A stretch of 64,000 nt of DNA from Takakia lepidozioides (lineage: Eukaryota; Plantae; Bryophyta): the NCBI GenBank assembly GCA_030704615.1, contig CM060733.1, positions 27,714,001 through 27,778,000 on the forward strand, given 5' to 3'. A program made the translations under genes and the position numbers. Of this stretch, positions 24,301 through 37,199 are shown one piece after another. Each line of letters starts with the position of its first letter. Within the stretch, counting starts at the first letter, position 1. Under the pieces are notes generated by a model that saw nothing but the letters and a program-made list of their open reading frames with translations, ran no database searches and was not told the DNA's origin.

Positions 24301-24536
24301 TGGTCCGGCGGAGCCTCCGGGAGGTCATCGGGCTCTGACTCCCCAGATTCATCTTGTTCTTGAGCGGAATCGCTTTCAAAAGCATGCATCGCCTCCTCAA
24401 AATTGCCGCTTCGGTGATATGTTGCCCCCAACGGGCTCACCAGGATCATCATCTTTTGGGCCGTTCTGCTTTCGTTTTGGCTGGCCCGACCCCATGATGA
24501 GGCCAATCCCAAGGACGATCGCATACTGAACTCTAA

Positions 24537-24548
24537 GCTCTGATACCA
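24537..24548 (-). promoter_or_regulatory. Primer binding site (initiator tRNA-Met)
   Basis: Reverse complement reads tggtatcagagc, 2 nt from the LTR end at 24551. Confidence 0.9.
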
Positions 24549-24550
24549 AG

Positions 24551-25701
24551 TGTCGCGCACCTCACTTCGGTAAACTCCCCTTCAAGTCATAGTTACTCGT
24601 TTTGATGCGCACGCCTAGCTCCCAACCTGGCCGCCTGGTCAACTTGGAGCTTCGGCTGTTCACCGGGACATAATGGTCACACTTTACTCTTCCACTAGAC
24701 CATCCACCAATTTGGTCCTGGTGGAAATTCCCTTTGGTAGATGGCAGTCCGGAATAGCTCCCCACTCTTTGCTCGCTTTCCGGCTCGCTCGCTTACTCAC
24801 TAGTTTTTGGTCATCAACGGGCTTGCACCGTTCTCGGGTTACTACTCCCTATATATACTTCTGTGACTGTCCGCGGGGGTTTCACAAACAACCATGCCAT
24901 TTTATGGTGAACCACCACGAAGACCCTCGACTCCCGGGATGAGTCGCGTGAGTCTTGGCCCACCATCCACGGCCCCATTGGACCGTGATGAGTCCCAAGA
25001 CTCCCCACGACTCCCACCACGAGGTCTTCGCCCCATGGTGAGTCCTATGTCATCCCCACTAAGTCCCGCTAAGCTACCACCACCCCTTGTGGAGCCACCC
25101 CCACCGCAACCTAGTGTGCGGGGCCTCACCTAGTGAGTGCCTCAACCTCCTTGAGTGCCTTGGGCACTAAAGGGTGCTTCAGCCCCCCCGTACCTATTAC
25201 TGCCAATGCCCCCACCACAGGGGTAGCCCCTCCTGGGTCCCAACCCCCTGCCCTCAAGGCAAAGGGCCGCGACCACACCCCTTACCAACAGGGAGTCGAG
25301 GTCCTCATCGACTTGTCCATTTTGTAGAAACGAACATACCAAGTTGTGGCGTCCCACATCAAGGAGTTTGTTTCTGTCACCATGGCGTCCCATGGCAAAG
25401 AACCAACCCCACACTTGACTCTACTCTCCACTAGCTAGTTCGGGGCTTCTTCCAAGTTAGCCAAGGTGGAGCTTCTCAAACTCCTCCCATGTGCACTTTC
25501 TTGGCCTACTTCAAGGCCAATTGAACGATCTCCCCGAGGATCGAATCGCCTTACTATGAACGATCCCTCCCCGAGGATCGAATCGCCTTACTACAACAAC
25601 ATTGCTTGCGACCGCTCATGATGCCGCTTTTGGCATCACCTTGCGTAAGGGTTCACCTCGCACCCTCTTTGACTAGGAAGATAACCTTGAACCAACCGTG
25701 C
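24551..25701 (-). repeat. Partial 5' LTR of chromovirus copy A (outer ~460 bp missing; internal ~35-bp tandem duplication at ~25523-25593)
   Basis: Colinear with 18308-19443, then an abrupt switch to AT-rich DNA. Confidence 0.9.
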
Positions 25702-26325
25702 GGTTCAGATTATTAAACAAATTTTAATATTTTCATACCCGTCGGATATCAACAGTGTAAGAAATTTTGAACTTACAGGTTTATCAATAGCTCGGTTATT
25801 CTATAGTCAATACCACCAGCGGTTATTGAGTAATCCGGTCTATTGGATTTATTTATTTACAAGTGTTTATTTTGTACTTATTTATTTTTTAAAATAAAAT
25901 CTATAAATTTTTAAGGTAGCCCCCTTTGCATTTCATTAAGCCAAACATGACTAATGCTTTTCAACTGCGCTTACATTTGCAATAATGGACAACTCATAAT
26001 GACAACATGTACTAATCCGGCTTTTCTTATGAGAGTTTAATCTGGCTTTTATGAGAGGATACGTGTTGACCAATTTAAGAGGTGTGGCCCACAAAGATTT
26101 GATGTATTGATAACCGGTTCCCAAAATTTTATCGTATATTGGGTCTCTATCCGGTTATCTAGGAACTTCTAACCTCCAGTTATCAATAGGAGCCGGATCT
26201 TATAATTTACATAACCGCCGGTTATATATATCATTTTTTTTTTGAAAAAAAATCGATTTCCGATTAAGAATATATTGATTACCGAATTTTGATACCCTGA
26301 TTACTCAATACCCGCCCAACACCGG
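25702..26325. mobile_element. AT-rich segment with many CGGTTA/TAACCG motifs, likely internal remnant of a non-autonomous DNA transposon
   Basis: Repeated cggttat/taaccg motifs in a strongly AT-rich background; no termini visible. Confidence 0.45.
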
Positions 26326-29300
26326 TTCCAACCCGGTGAAGGTGTTCATGGACAATGTTACGGTGAAGTATTTTGCCACGCAGCCTAAATCGTCCCCAAA
26401 ACAACTTAGGTGGCAAGACACTTTGGCGGTGTTCAACGAGGATATTCAATACAAACCGGGACGAGTCAATGTGGTGGCTGATGCTTTAAGTAAAAAGCAG
26501 CAGCTCATGTTGGTATACAGGGGCGAGACGGCGCTCCAAAGGAAGATCCGAAAGGCTTACCGGAAGGATGAGATGACGAAGTCCGTGATGCAGGACTTGA
26601 AGATGGGGGTTAAACCACAGTTTCATTTGCAAAATGGACTGCTCCGGTACAAGCAAAAGCGTCTCTACGTGCCGAATGGAGGGATTAGAGATAGTCTCTT
26701 GAGAGAATACCATGATGGCTTGCTTGCGAGCCACGGCGGAGCCAAGCGCATCGCAACACTCTTGAATAAAGAGTATTTATGGCCCAAACTGAGGGAAGAT
26801 GCCGAGGAGTATGTCAAGATATGCACCACATGCCAACAAAACCGGAGCGAGTACAAAAAAACAAGCGGGGCTGTTACAATCCCTGCCGATTCCAGAGGTC
26901 TCCATGGATTTTATGACTGTTATGCCGCTGTCAAAAGAATTCGATGCAATCATGGTGGTGGTGGATAGGTTCAGTAAAATGGGTCATTTCATCCCCACCA
27001 AGGAGACGACAACGGCGTAGGAGACGGGGCGACTTTACTTCGCCCACGTCTTCAAGCATCATGGACTCCCGAATGATATTGTCTCGGACCGCGATCCAAG
27101 TAAATTTTGGAGGGCACTTTGGAAGAAGATGGGGACAAGGCTCAAGATGAGCACCGCCTTCCGACCTACGACGGACGGCCAAACAGAAATAGTGAATTCC
27201 GTGGTAAAGCAGATCTTGCGGAATTATATGTCGGCAGACCAATCAGACTGGGTGGAACACTTGGATGCGGCAGAGTTTAGTTAGAATAACACACAAAACA
27301 CTCCGCAATGGGAGTTTCCCCTTTCGTATTGATCTATGGAAAAAACACCTCTGGTGCCGACAAGTTGGGCCGCTCAGGACGTTGAGGAACCGGCAGCAAC
27401 AACGGTGCTGGAAGAACGCGAGCGTTTGTTGAAGCTGGCAAAGTATAACATTGCCAAAGATAGGAAACGGTATGAACGGCAGACAAATCGAAAGCGGAAG
27501 GAAGTTAAGTTTGAGGCAGGCACGGAGGTCTGGTTGAACATCAAGAATTTTCGACTACCTCCGGAAATGAGTCCGAAGTTCGTACCTCCGTATGCGGGAC
27601 CCTTTCGCATCCGGAAGGTTGTAAATGAAGATGTGTATGAATTGGAGCTGCCGGCAAACACCGAGGTGCATCCGGTATTCCACGTTTTTTTTTTTTAAGC
27701 CTTACTTCAAAGATGAAGCGCGTCCGAATCGGTATCAAGTGTTGCGTCCGCCACTTGTGCTGTTGGATCGTGAAAATGAACCTGAGTACGAGGTGGAAGC
27801 AGTGTTTAAGTCGAAGAGGTTCAAGAATCGAGAAACGGAATATCTCGTGAAATGGAAGGGCTACCATCATGTGGAAACATCTTCGGTGCGTGCCTTAGAA
27901 ATGGGAAACGCATCCAAGGCGGTTGCAGCTTTCGAAGGGCGACCTCAAAAGCGGAAGAAGCGTTGATGGGGACATCAACCTTAGATCGTGGGGAAGGAAA
28001 TACATGCTTAGCCCGGTTTAGCTAGCTCAGGAATCCGATTGCAAAAACTTGTGTTGTACAAATTTTGTTATAAATGAAATGGTTTCCAAATGTTGTGCGT
28101 CCTATTTTGTTTGGAATGGTGATACATGGTATGGTTGGCTAGTGTGTAGAATACATGCTAGCTTACAAAAGTGGGAGAGGTAAATTGGATTAATCGTGTG
28201 TTTGCGTAATGTCGAAATCGGGTGACTCCCATCCAAGGGGCAAGGAAACTTGCGCCTTCTTTGGGAGTTCACATGCTAGTACGCATCTGGCGCGTGCGTG
28301 TACTATAACTACGTCACCGAGGGGGTTGCATTGTAGTGCGGGCTAATGCGGAAGCTATGTGCTTTTGTTCACGTACTATAATTGTGTAGCCTCGGGACGA
28401 AGTTGTAGTGCGGCTTCGGCGTGTTCCCGTACCTCAAGCCAACATTCCAAGGCGGACCCAATTGTAGTGATTGGGGCACACGATTGGTTCAAGGTTATCT
28501 TCCTAGTCAAAAATGGATTCAAGGTGAACCCTTGCTCAAGGTGATGCCAAAAGCGACATCATGAGCGGTCATGTTGCAGTAAGGCGATTCGATCCTCGGG
28601 GAGGATTTTTCCTTGGCCTTGAAGTGGGCCAAGAAGAGTGCACTGGGAGGAGCTTGAGAGGCTCAACCCTTGGCTAGGACTTGGAGGAAGTCGGCCGAAC
28701 TAGCTAGTGGAGAGTAGAGTCAAGTAGGGGTTTGGTTCTTTGCCATGGGATGCCATGGTACGGAAACAAATTCCTTGATGTGGAACGCCACAACTTGGAT
28801 GTTCGTTTCTATAAAATGGACAAGTCAATGATGACATCGACTCCCTGCTGGTAGGGGTGTGTGTCGCGGCCATTTGCCTTGAGGGCAGGGGTCGGGGCAC
28901 AAGAGGGGCTGCCCTTGTGGTGGGGGCAGTGGCAACAATAGATGCGGGGGCTGAAGCACCCTTGAGTGCCCACGGCACTCAAGGAGGCGAAGGTGCTCAC
29001 TAGGTGGAGCCCCGCACACCGGGTTGCAGCGGGGGTGGTGGTAGCTTAGTGGGTCTTAGTGGGGGTGGCATAGGACTCACCATGGGGCGGAGACCTTGTG
29101 GTGGGAGTCGTTGGGAGTCTTGGGACTCATCACGGTCCAATGTGGCCGTGGTGGGTAGGCCAAGACTCACCGCGACTCATCACGGGGAGTCGAGGGTCTT
29201 CGTGGTGGTTCGCCATAAAATGATGGTATTGTTTGTGAAACCCCCGCGGATAGTCACAGGAAATATATATATGGAGTAGTAACCCCGAGAACGGTGCAAG

Positions 29301-29569
29301 CCCATTGGTGACCAAAAACTAGTGAGTGAGCGAGCAAGCCGGAAATCGACCAAAGAGTGGGGAGCTATTCCGGACTGCCATCTACTAAAGGGAATTTCCA
29401 CTAGGCCCAAATTGGTGGAGGGTCTTTTGGAGGAGCGAAGGGGGACCATTGTCCCGGCGAGCAGCCGAAGCTCCGAGTTGGCCCGACGGCTAGTTTGGGA
29501 GTTAGACGCGCGCATCAAGGTGAGTAACTATGACTTGAAGAGAAGCTTACCGAAGTGAGGTGCGCGACA
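26326..29569 (+). mobile_element. Ty3/gypsy chromovirus copy B: 3' half only (end of RNase H, integrase, chromodomain, PPT, 3' LTR 28001-29569), inverted relative to copy A
   Basis: ORFs 26336-27966 highly similar to copy A pol; gggaaggaaa PPT before 28001; LTR ends ..gtgcgcgaca at 29569. Confidence 0.93.
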
Positions 29570-30664
29570 GTGGGGGCAGAAAGACCTACTTGCAGTGTTG
29601 GTAGCCAAGGGGTAATTGAATCTTTGATGGTCTGAAAGCCAGAGGAAGTCTTGGCTGATCTTGCAATGCTAGCAATAGATGTGGAGTCCATAAAATCTTG
29701 GTTGTTCCATATGTGTCTAACCTGGTTAATGCCAGATCTGTCCCAGCAAGACCATCTTTTGGCTTGGGCCCTTTGTGGTTGGGTTGGCTTGTTGGTATTT
29801 AAGAATAGGTACTGTCGGAGGGTCTCTTCATAAGTCTGAGGTTCCATTTTCCGTAGAAAGGGTCGGAGCCTTCCCCATGCGTGCTTATGGGGGTCCACAG
29901 GGATGAACCTAAGGCTTTATGTTTGAACCCTTGAGCTACCCAACGCAGAGATGGGGTCCAGTGGGCTGTTTTGAGGGGAGAGGCATCCTGGATGTTCTGA
30001 ACCACTAAATATTTCCACCAGCCCCCTTCTAGGCCAAAGAAGCGAGGAATCCATTTACCGAGGAGAGTTGTTATCTGGGTTTCTAGATCAATAATTCCAA
30101 GCCCCTCCTTGTTTTTTGGGCAAATTGATCTGCTTCCACGAAACTTGTGGTCTCTTCTTAGTCTGGGAATCAGATCCCCATATAAAATTGCGGAGAAGAC
30201 CAGAGATTTTTTTAATCTGATTGGTGTTCGGTCTCCACGAAGTAGCGAAGTAGCGAAGTATCAGATGCTTGCCGAGAGGACCTGATCGGCCGCCAAGGCT
30301 CTCCCAGTGATGGAGAGGTGTTTAGAGCCCCAGAAGGTAATTTGGCCAGGGTGGGTGCAAACTTTTGGTCATCCGAGAGGCCAACACCGAAGGTATAACC
30401 GAGGAGTGTTGTTGTTTGTCCAGGTCGTAGCCACGACAAACCCGAGCTAGAGCCCCATGAAGGATCAGTTTCTAAATGGGATTGATGGAGGTCTCTAGTT
30501 AGGATAGCACATGTTTTTGCCCAGTTGACTTTGAAACCTGAAGCTGGCAGAAAAGGTTCAATGAAGATGTAGCCTCTTGGAGGTTTTGAGGGGTGGCCTG
30601 GAGGATGAGGAAGGTGTCATCGACGAACATTGAGTCTTTGAGTTCTGCTGGCTGAGAGGAGTAA
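29570..30664 (-). mobile_element. L1-type LINE ORF2 fragment (RT C-terminal half and downstream region)
   Basis: Minus-strand pieces read KDSMFVDDTFLIL, KHLSITGRALAA.QVLSAS, GLGIIDL..LLGKWI, WDRSGINQVRHIW. Confidence 0.8.
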
Positions 30665-30991
30665 TGTCAAGTTATTTTACCACTAGTGTGAAACTAGCTA
30701 GGAAATAGCTAGCTTTTACATATTGACATTTGGGATTGGCCCAAGTGTCAATCCAGGGGTCAAGGCAGATTTAGGCCCTGGAGTGGTTATCTTCACGGCA
30801 AGCGCGGGAGGCTCATCTTTCTCGAGTTGAGCCTCACCGCGCCTAGCTATGGCGCCGTAGTGTGGATTCCCCATGGCGTGGGGTGCACTTGGCTTGACTT
30901 GTATTTGAGTGATGAGGTTATATATGCATGAGTTTATGCTTCAGCTTTGTGAGCTCGCATGAGCTTGTGCTTGTATCCTTCTTCTTTATCA
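30665..30991 (+). repeat. 5' LTR of the DNMT-gypsy element (probably only the 3' 327 bp of a ~514-bp LTR)
   Basis: tgtcaag...tttatca, differing from 38934-39259 only by a few 1-bp indels. Confidence 0.88.
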
Positions 30992-31991
30992 CTCGACCCC
31001 TTGGGTTACATTTATCAAGCGCCTCATGCGAGTGAAAGCCTCCCTCAAGCTCTCGGTCGGCTTCCGTTGGAACTCTTGCAAGCTCCGCAACTTCTCTGTC
31101 CTCACCCCTTGGTAGTTCCCTCTCAACTCTTCGAAGAACTCCACAACAGGGTTGAAGGCAGGCACGGGTACTAGTGCTGGTGCGGTAGTGGCTTGGGTGG
31201 ACGTCGTAGCTACTGTACCACCAGTCCCACTTGTCCCTCTACTACTTGCTGAAGCTGCCGGTGCAGCGGCAGGTGTAGCCACTGCCCTCGTGGCTCTAGT
31301 GCCCCTAGTGATGGAGACATAGTCGGGTGACCAGTACATCCTCCACTCCTCGATCTCAACCTCATGCCCCCGCCTGAACTCATGATAATCATCCATAGGC
31401 GGCCCCTCAAGGTGCTGAAATAGCCCCTTCCATGCCATGAAAGGCGTAAATAGTTGTGGATTGCGCATTTGCTGCAAATCACACCAACTATCAAACTCTT
31501 GGATAAAATCATCCAACTCGATGGTGCCCACCGCCCCAGAGTACCTTCGTGGCCCCTTGGTAGCTCCATACATCTCCTCCATTGTGTCCCACAACAATGG
31601 CAAAGAAACAACTTGCACCGCCGGTATGAGTCCTCCTGATTCACAATCCGAATCAAAACCTTCCGTGGAAGACACAAGAGGTGAAGGTGGCCTAAACCGC
31701 ACACCTCGTCTCGTGTACCCACTAGTATTGCTAGTGCTCGAACCGGCACTGTCCCCAGCAACTAGTGGCACCTCGGTGTTGACACTCAACCGGTCATGAA
31801 CATGTCCCTAACCCCCTCTCCACAAGGTAACCGGGTAGAGAACCTGTTGCGGCTTATGGTTTGGAATACTAAGTTCCTAACATAGCCTACATCTGTACTT
31901 GCATGACCATGGGAATATCATGAAGATACTCCTCAAACCGCCCTCCACGAGCTTCAAAATTCGGCCTTCCAGACCACATGCCAATCCTTAG
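30992..31991 (-). other. Inverted segment carrying the N-terminal part of gag of the DNMT-gypsy element
   Basis: Minus ORF 30989-31789 is gag-like (ELDDFIQEFDSWC, QRKPTESLREAFTRM) and ends QGVE; gag continues on + from 31992 (AVQFWYGILDKELR). Confidence 0.85.
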
Positions 31992-33760
31992 GCAGTCCAA
32001 TTCTGGTATGGGATATTGGACAAGGAGCTGAGGAGAAGGGTGCGGGATGCAACTCTCCTACAAGCGGCCCAACCCACCTTAGCAAATGTGTTTTTGCTGG
32101 CAGAGCGGATAGAGCTCAACATGGTGGAGGAACGAGTGGTCATGGTGGGATTTGCTAAGGAGACACCACGGGGTAGTGGTGCTCCTAGCCAACCACTACC
32201 TCAACGTGCTCAAGGCAATAAGGGGGCTCAGGTGAAGCTCAGGGAAGGGCAGAGAGGACCTCAGATGCAGGGGTCTCTCCCTTCATTTGCTGGCCAACAA
32301 CGGGCGGATGTGGTGTGCTGGACATGTGGAGGACCCAGAAGGATTGCCCAGAGGGAGGCAAAGGGCCGGCACATGCACAGCCTGCACAGTTGCAGTGTGG
32401 GCATTGTGACAAGCACGGGCATGGAGAGGCCCAGTGTTATAGTTTGCATCCCGAGTTGCGCCCAGGCCAGTTCCAAGGGAACAATGGTGGCCGGGGGCGA
32501 GGTGGAGCAGCCCAGAGAGGACGAGGTGGCCAGCCACGAGGTGCAGGCCAAGGGCAAGCTCAACGTGGCCAAGGACGCGGAGGTCAGGGTGTTGACCAAG
32601 GCATGGCCAACCGGCTTCAGCAGCTAGAGCAGAGGCTCGCTACCATGGCTACAGCTCAGGTGGTACCGGCTCTAAGGCCGGATGGTCAACCTCCTGCTCT
32701 TGAGGGAGGAGATATGGGAGGCATGGGATTCATGTGTGGAGCAGCACTACCACTAGTGCAGGTGGAGTCTGCTGCAGCCGTGACTCGAGGAGCAGCACGA
32801 GTTCCTGAGCCACGAGGTGCAGAGGTGGAGTTGGATCCACAGCGTGGGAAGGCAAGCTGTCAGGCTAGGCTTCCTCAGTCATTCACATTGGCGGAGACAG
32901 TGTCGACGCCATCCATGGCACCTAGTTCTCGCCCGACAGTTACCGAGGCGGAGGTTACTATGCCATTGGGGAGAGCTACACGGGTAGCACCACTACCTAG
33001 TGTTGCCAAGGCTACGGCAGCGACTGTGCTGCTAGAAGCGGCCACATCTGTGTGTCAGGCTCCATTGTTCTCGGCTACCATGATTGCGACGCCGGGGGTA
33101 AAACCAGCTGAGGTGTTCAGGCTGGCAGCTACACTCTGTGAGAGTGGGGAGGTTACTTCATCTTCTGCGGAGATAGTGGGAGGTGTAGTGCCGGAGGGAT
33201 CCTCGGATTTGAGGGTCAAGACTGCCACGGCGGCGCCATGGCAAGCTGCAGCTGCCAGGTTGATGGAGCTGCCAGCTAGGCCAGCCATTGAGCGCGCCAT
33301 GGTGACACCTGGAGTTGTCATGTTAGACAACCAGGATGGCATTTCTGTTTGAGTGGACCGGCAGGCAAGAGGTACCGGCGACTGCGGGTCTTGTTGGACT
33401 CGGGAGCTCAGCCATTGATGCTGGGCAGAGCTGCTATTGCAGGCTTGGGCCTCACGGAGGCGGATATGGAGTCTTGTCCTTTCCAGATACAGACGTCTCT
33501 GGGAGGATCGGAGCAGGCTCGGGGCATGACACGGCGTGAGTTGGCTATCAGACTACGGCCGGATCACCCGACAGATGGCTCAGTGATGCGAGCCAAGGCC
33601 ATTGTGACAGACGCAGTCTCATACGATGTCCTGGTTGGTGGGGCAGTGTTGTACCCCATGGGCTTCACCCTGGATTTTTGGGAGGAGTCAGCTTCCTATA
33701 GGCCTGCATGGCAGTCAGGGGAGGGCCGGCAGTGTGCAACTCCCTGTGACGTTCATAGGA
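31992..33760 (+). pseudogene. gag C-terminus (two zinc-knuckle-like motifs, RG-rich linker) and aspartic protease of the DNMT-gypsy element
   Basis: CWTCGG..KDC, CGHCDKHGHGEAQC, RVLLDSGAQP, YDVLVG; single-base frame breaks. Confidence 0.85.
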
Positions 33761-34099
33761 GGAGTTGCGGTTGCCCAGCGAGGCAAGATGCCGACACTAG
33801 CAGCATTCACAGCGGCAGTGAGTTGGCCTAAAGAGTTGCTTGAGGGCAATGCTCATTCAGAGGATGTACCACCTCCGGGAGAGCAGGATGATATGTATGG
33901 TATGGCGGAGTTGCCTACCATGGTTGCTCAGACTCCATTGTGGGGCACGAGCAAGGATTTGCAGCGGGATGCTGATCGACGGGTGCAACAAGCCTGGGTG
34001 GAGGCTTTTGTACCGTTAGGAGAGGAGGAGAGTGTGGGGATTGCACCAGGACCACCTCAATTGTCTCCATTGGACACCACACCTATTGTATGGCAGTAT

Positions 34100-35060
34100 C
34101 CGGATGAAGGCATTTGTCTTCTGGACTTGTTTGGCGGGATCAGCACCGGATTGGCTGCTGTGTTACAAGCAGGTGTACGAGTTCGGCATTACCTGTATGT
34201 GGAGAGGGATGAGACTGCACGACGCGTTTCACTTCGCCATGTTGCTCAGTTGGTGCAGCGGTACCCTGAGTTGTTGTCGGTGTCTACAATTCGTGGATAT
34301 CAGCAGGCCTTGCCAGCAGACATTTCGTTGCTGGGGGCGCAGGATTTGGAGCGGGTTGGCTCCATTGATCTGGTAGTGGCAGGTTGGCCCTGCCAAGGGC
34401 ATTTATCAGCCGGGCATGGCAATGGATTGCGAGACTCGAGGTCGGGTCTGTTTTGGGAGATGGTGCGGGTTTTGCGCCACTTGCAGCTTCATCAAGCTGT
34501 ATCTCCAGCATACGTCTTGGAGAATGTGCCACTGATGGGCGATTCTCGGGCCAGGGTGATGGCCAGTGTGCATCAAGTCCGGTCGTGGCTTGGGTCAGCA
34601 GTGTTGCTAGATGCAGCTACAGTGGGGTCACGGGCTCATCGTCCACGGCTATGGTGGACTAACTGCCACCCGCACTGCTAAAGCGTGCATTTGATGGGGT
34701 GCAGCGGCCAGCACATCTCATAGTGGATAACATTCTGGACACAGGGAGGCAGTATCAGCGTGTGAGACACGATGACCGTTCGCCTTTGGCAGTGATCAAC
34801 AAGGTGGGTCAACCACGAGCAGCATTACCTACACTGCTCAGCTTCCCAGGATCGCATGCTTTCCGGGATAGTGGACCTGGCCTCCTGTGGGATGCTCAGT
34901 TGCAGCAGTTAGTGGAGCCTAATGCTGACGAGCGTGAGCGGGCAATGGGTTTTACACTGGTACCACGGCAGTGTCGTCTCTTTCTGAGGCATCACGTCGT
35001 CAAGTGTTGGGGCAAGCAATGGATCTCAATTGCTTGACATGGATTATCAGCTTGGCTTTG
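34100..35060 (+). CDS. C5 cytosine DNA methyltransferase domain embedded in pol
   Basis: Motif I LDLFGGISTG (34121), II YVERD, III DI, IV GWPCQ with catalytic Cys (34391), SGLFWE, VI ENV (34520), VIII RPRLWW, IX ERERAMGF, X LGQAMD; two 1-nt frame breaks near 34665 and 34950. Confidence 0.92.
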
Positions 35061-35479
35061 GCTGAGCAACGCAGATTGCGGAGTACACTTCCCTCAATGG
35101 TCTCTCTGCCTACCGAGACGGTACAGGCAGTGAGTGGGGGCGAGCATGTGAGGACTGCGGGGTGCATTCATCCATGGCACACGTGGGAGGTGCTCGAGGT
35201 TCAGAGGGAGTTGGCAGCCAAGGCGGGTGTGATGGATGAGGTTGGGGATTCTTCTCGGGTTGAGGAGGTCCTCAAGGATGAGATGATGGGGCAGGATGAG
35301 GCGCTTGTCATTGACTGAGCAGGCAGGGAGTACTGCTCAAGAGGTTGCAACATAGCAACCACTGGACGCGTCCTCTACCTCTAAGCCCACTGGACTTAAG
35401 GTTGCAGTTACGGATGACAATTGGGAGCCTGACATTGGACCCATTGTCACCGGAGGAGAGAGACGACGTATACGGCAAT

Positions 35480-36900
35480 TCCTGAGGGCTTACAGGAATT
35501 GCTTTGCCTTCAGTTTGAAGGACTTGGGAGCACTGAAGGGTCAAGAGATCCGTATTGAGTTGGCCACTGACACGCCAATCTTTCGGAGACCCTATAGATA
35601 CAGTGACATGGAGAGGTCTTTGATTCAGATGAGGACTCAAGATCTCTGGGAGGCAGGTTTGGTGGAGCTCTCTGGTGGAGAGTATGCTTCAGCCACAGTG
35701 ATGCCAGCCAAGAAGGATGTCTATGGCAATTGGACGAAGAGACGTATGTGCGGTGATTACCGGCCTGTAAATCGTCAGACCAAGTCCGATAAGTATGCCA
35801 TGCCAACACCAGAGGAGATCTTTGATGCTATCGGGCATGCTAAGGCCTTTAGCACTTTGGATTTACGATCCGGATATCACCAGTTGCCAATCAAGGAGGC
35901 GGACAAGCAAAAGACGGCATTCTGGGGATCAATGAGCACGGCAAGGATTGCCTATATCAGTGGCGGTTCTTACCATTGGGCTTAAGAATGCTCCTGCAGA
36001 GTTTCAGAGAGTCATGGATAGGATTCTAGCAGGGGTGGACTTTGCTCGGTGCTACATAGATGACATCATCATCTTTAGTGTTACGATGGAGGAGCATGAG
36101 AGACACCTTCAGGTGGTATTGGAGCGCTTGAGAGCGCACGGATTGAAGTTGCATCCGGGGAAGTGCAAGTTTTTCCACAACCAGATTGAGTATCTGGGTC
36201 ACATGATATATCCTGGAGGATTGGGGGTACAGCAGACTAAGGTAAGAGGCCATTGCACAAATTCCACGCCCCACGGATGTGAGCCGAGTTCGAGCTTTCA
36301 TGGGGTTGGCAAACTATTATAGACGGTTTGTCAAGGATTTAGTACCATTGCAAAGGCTCTAACCAAGCTGACCAAGGTGGACCAGGAGTGGCAGTGGGAA
36401 GATGAGCAGGAACGAGCTTTTCAAGAGCTCAAGGCGAGGTTGACCTCGGCGCCTATCTTGAGACGACCTATCAGGGGGCGTCCCTTTCAGCTGCATACGG
36501 ATTGGAGCATGCTGGGGCTTGGAGCGGTGCTCACACAGGTGGATGATGAGGGAAGAGAGTTCGTAGTGGCTTACGCTAGCCGCTCGAACAACGCTGCAGA
36601 GGCTAAGTACAGCTCATATGAGGGAGAGTGCTTAGCTGCAGTGTGGGCCGTGGCACACTTCAGGTGCTATCTATACGGCAATCTTTTCACCCTTGTCACG
36701 GATCACCAGCCACTCAAGTGGTTGATGGAGTCAGACAAGCTTACGGGGAAGCTTGCACGGTGGGCACTTATACTCCAGGAGTATGACTTTCAGGTTGTGC
36801 ATCGACCGGGTTTGGTCAATCGGGATGCGGATGGATTGAGTCGCAATCCATGCATGAGCCAGCAGGATGACACTGGAGCTCGGTGGCATGGTGAGACGGA
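35480..36900 (+). pseudogene. Reverse transcriptase and RNase H of the DNMT-gypsy element
   Basis: RMCGDYRPVN, LDLRSGYHQ, GLKNAPAEFQ, CYIDDII, LHTDWS..LGAVL, TDHQPL, DADGLSR. Confidence 0.94.
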
Positions 36901-37199
36901 CGAGGAGAATGGTGCCGGGATGGCACGCATCTGCATTTGTGTATCTTGGCATCGGGAGGTCAGATTGGACCTACAACAAGGATGACTGTAGACGGAGTGT
37001 CTGAGGACCCTGAGGCTAGTGATGAGCTAGGTGGTGCCAGAGATATACATGAGGATTCGGCTGTGTTGGACTACCTCCGCACGGGAGACACGGCAGCCAT
37101 TGTGACTGCCAGGGAGAGGGATCGGATCCTGCAACGAGCCAAGAGGTTCAAGTGGGAGGGGATACCCACTTCGAGTGTGGGAGGATGGTCGGGTGAGGA

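Larger units (their letters stand above)
18308..25701 (-). mobile_element. Ty3/gypsy chromovirus LTR retrotransposon copy A, decayed; 5' LTR truncated
   Basis: 3' LTR 18308-19906 (TG..CA on -), PPT gggggaggaaa at 19907-19917, tRNA-iMet PBS at 24537-24548, partial 5' LTR 24551-25701; gag with zinc knuckle, protease, RT (YIDD), RNase H, integrase, chromodomain; several in-frame stops. Confidence 0.95.

Noticed and set aside
34100-35060. Bacterial restriction-modification MTase contamination or a host DNMT gene
   Set aside because: Domain is continuous with gypsy protease and RT, bounded by LTRs, intronless, with no cognate nuclease or host DNMT accessory domains
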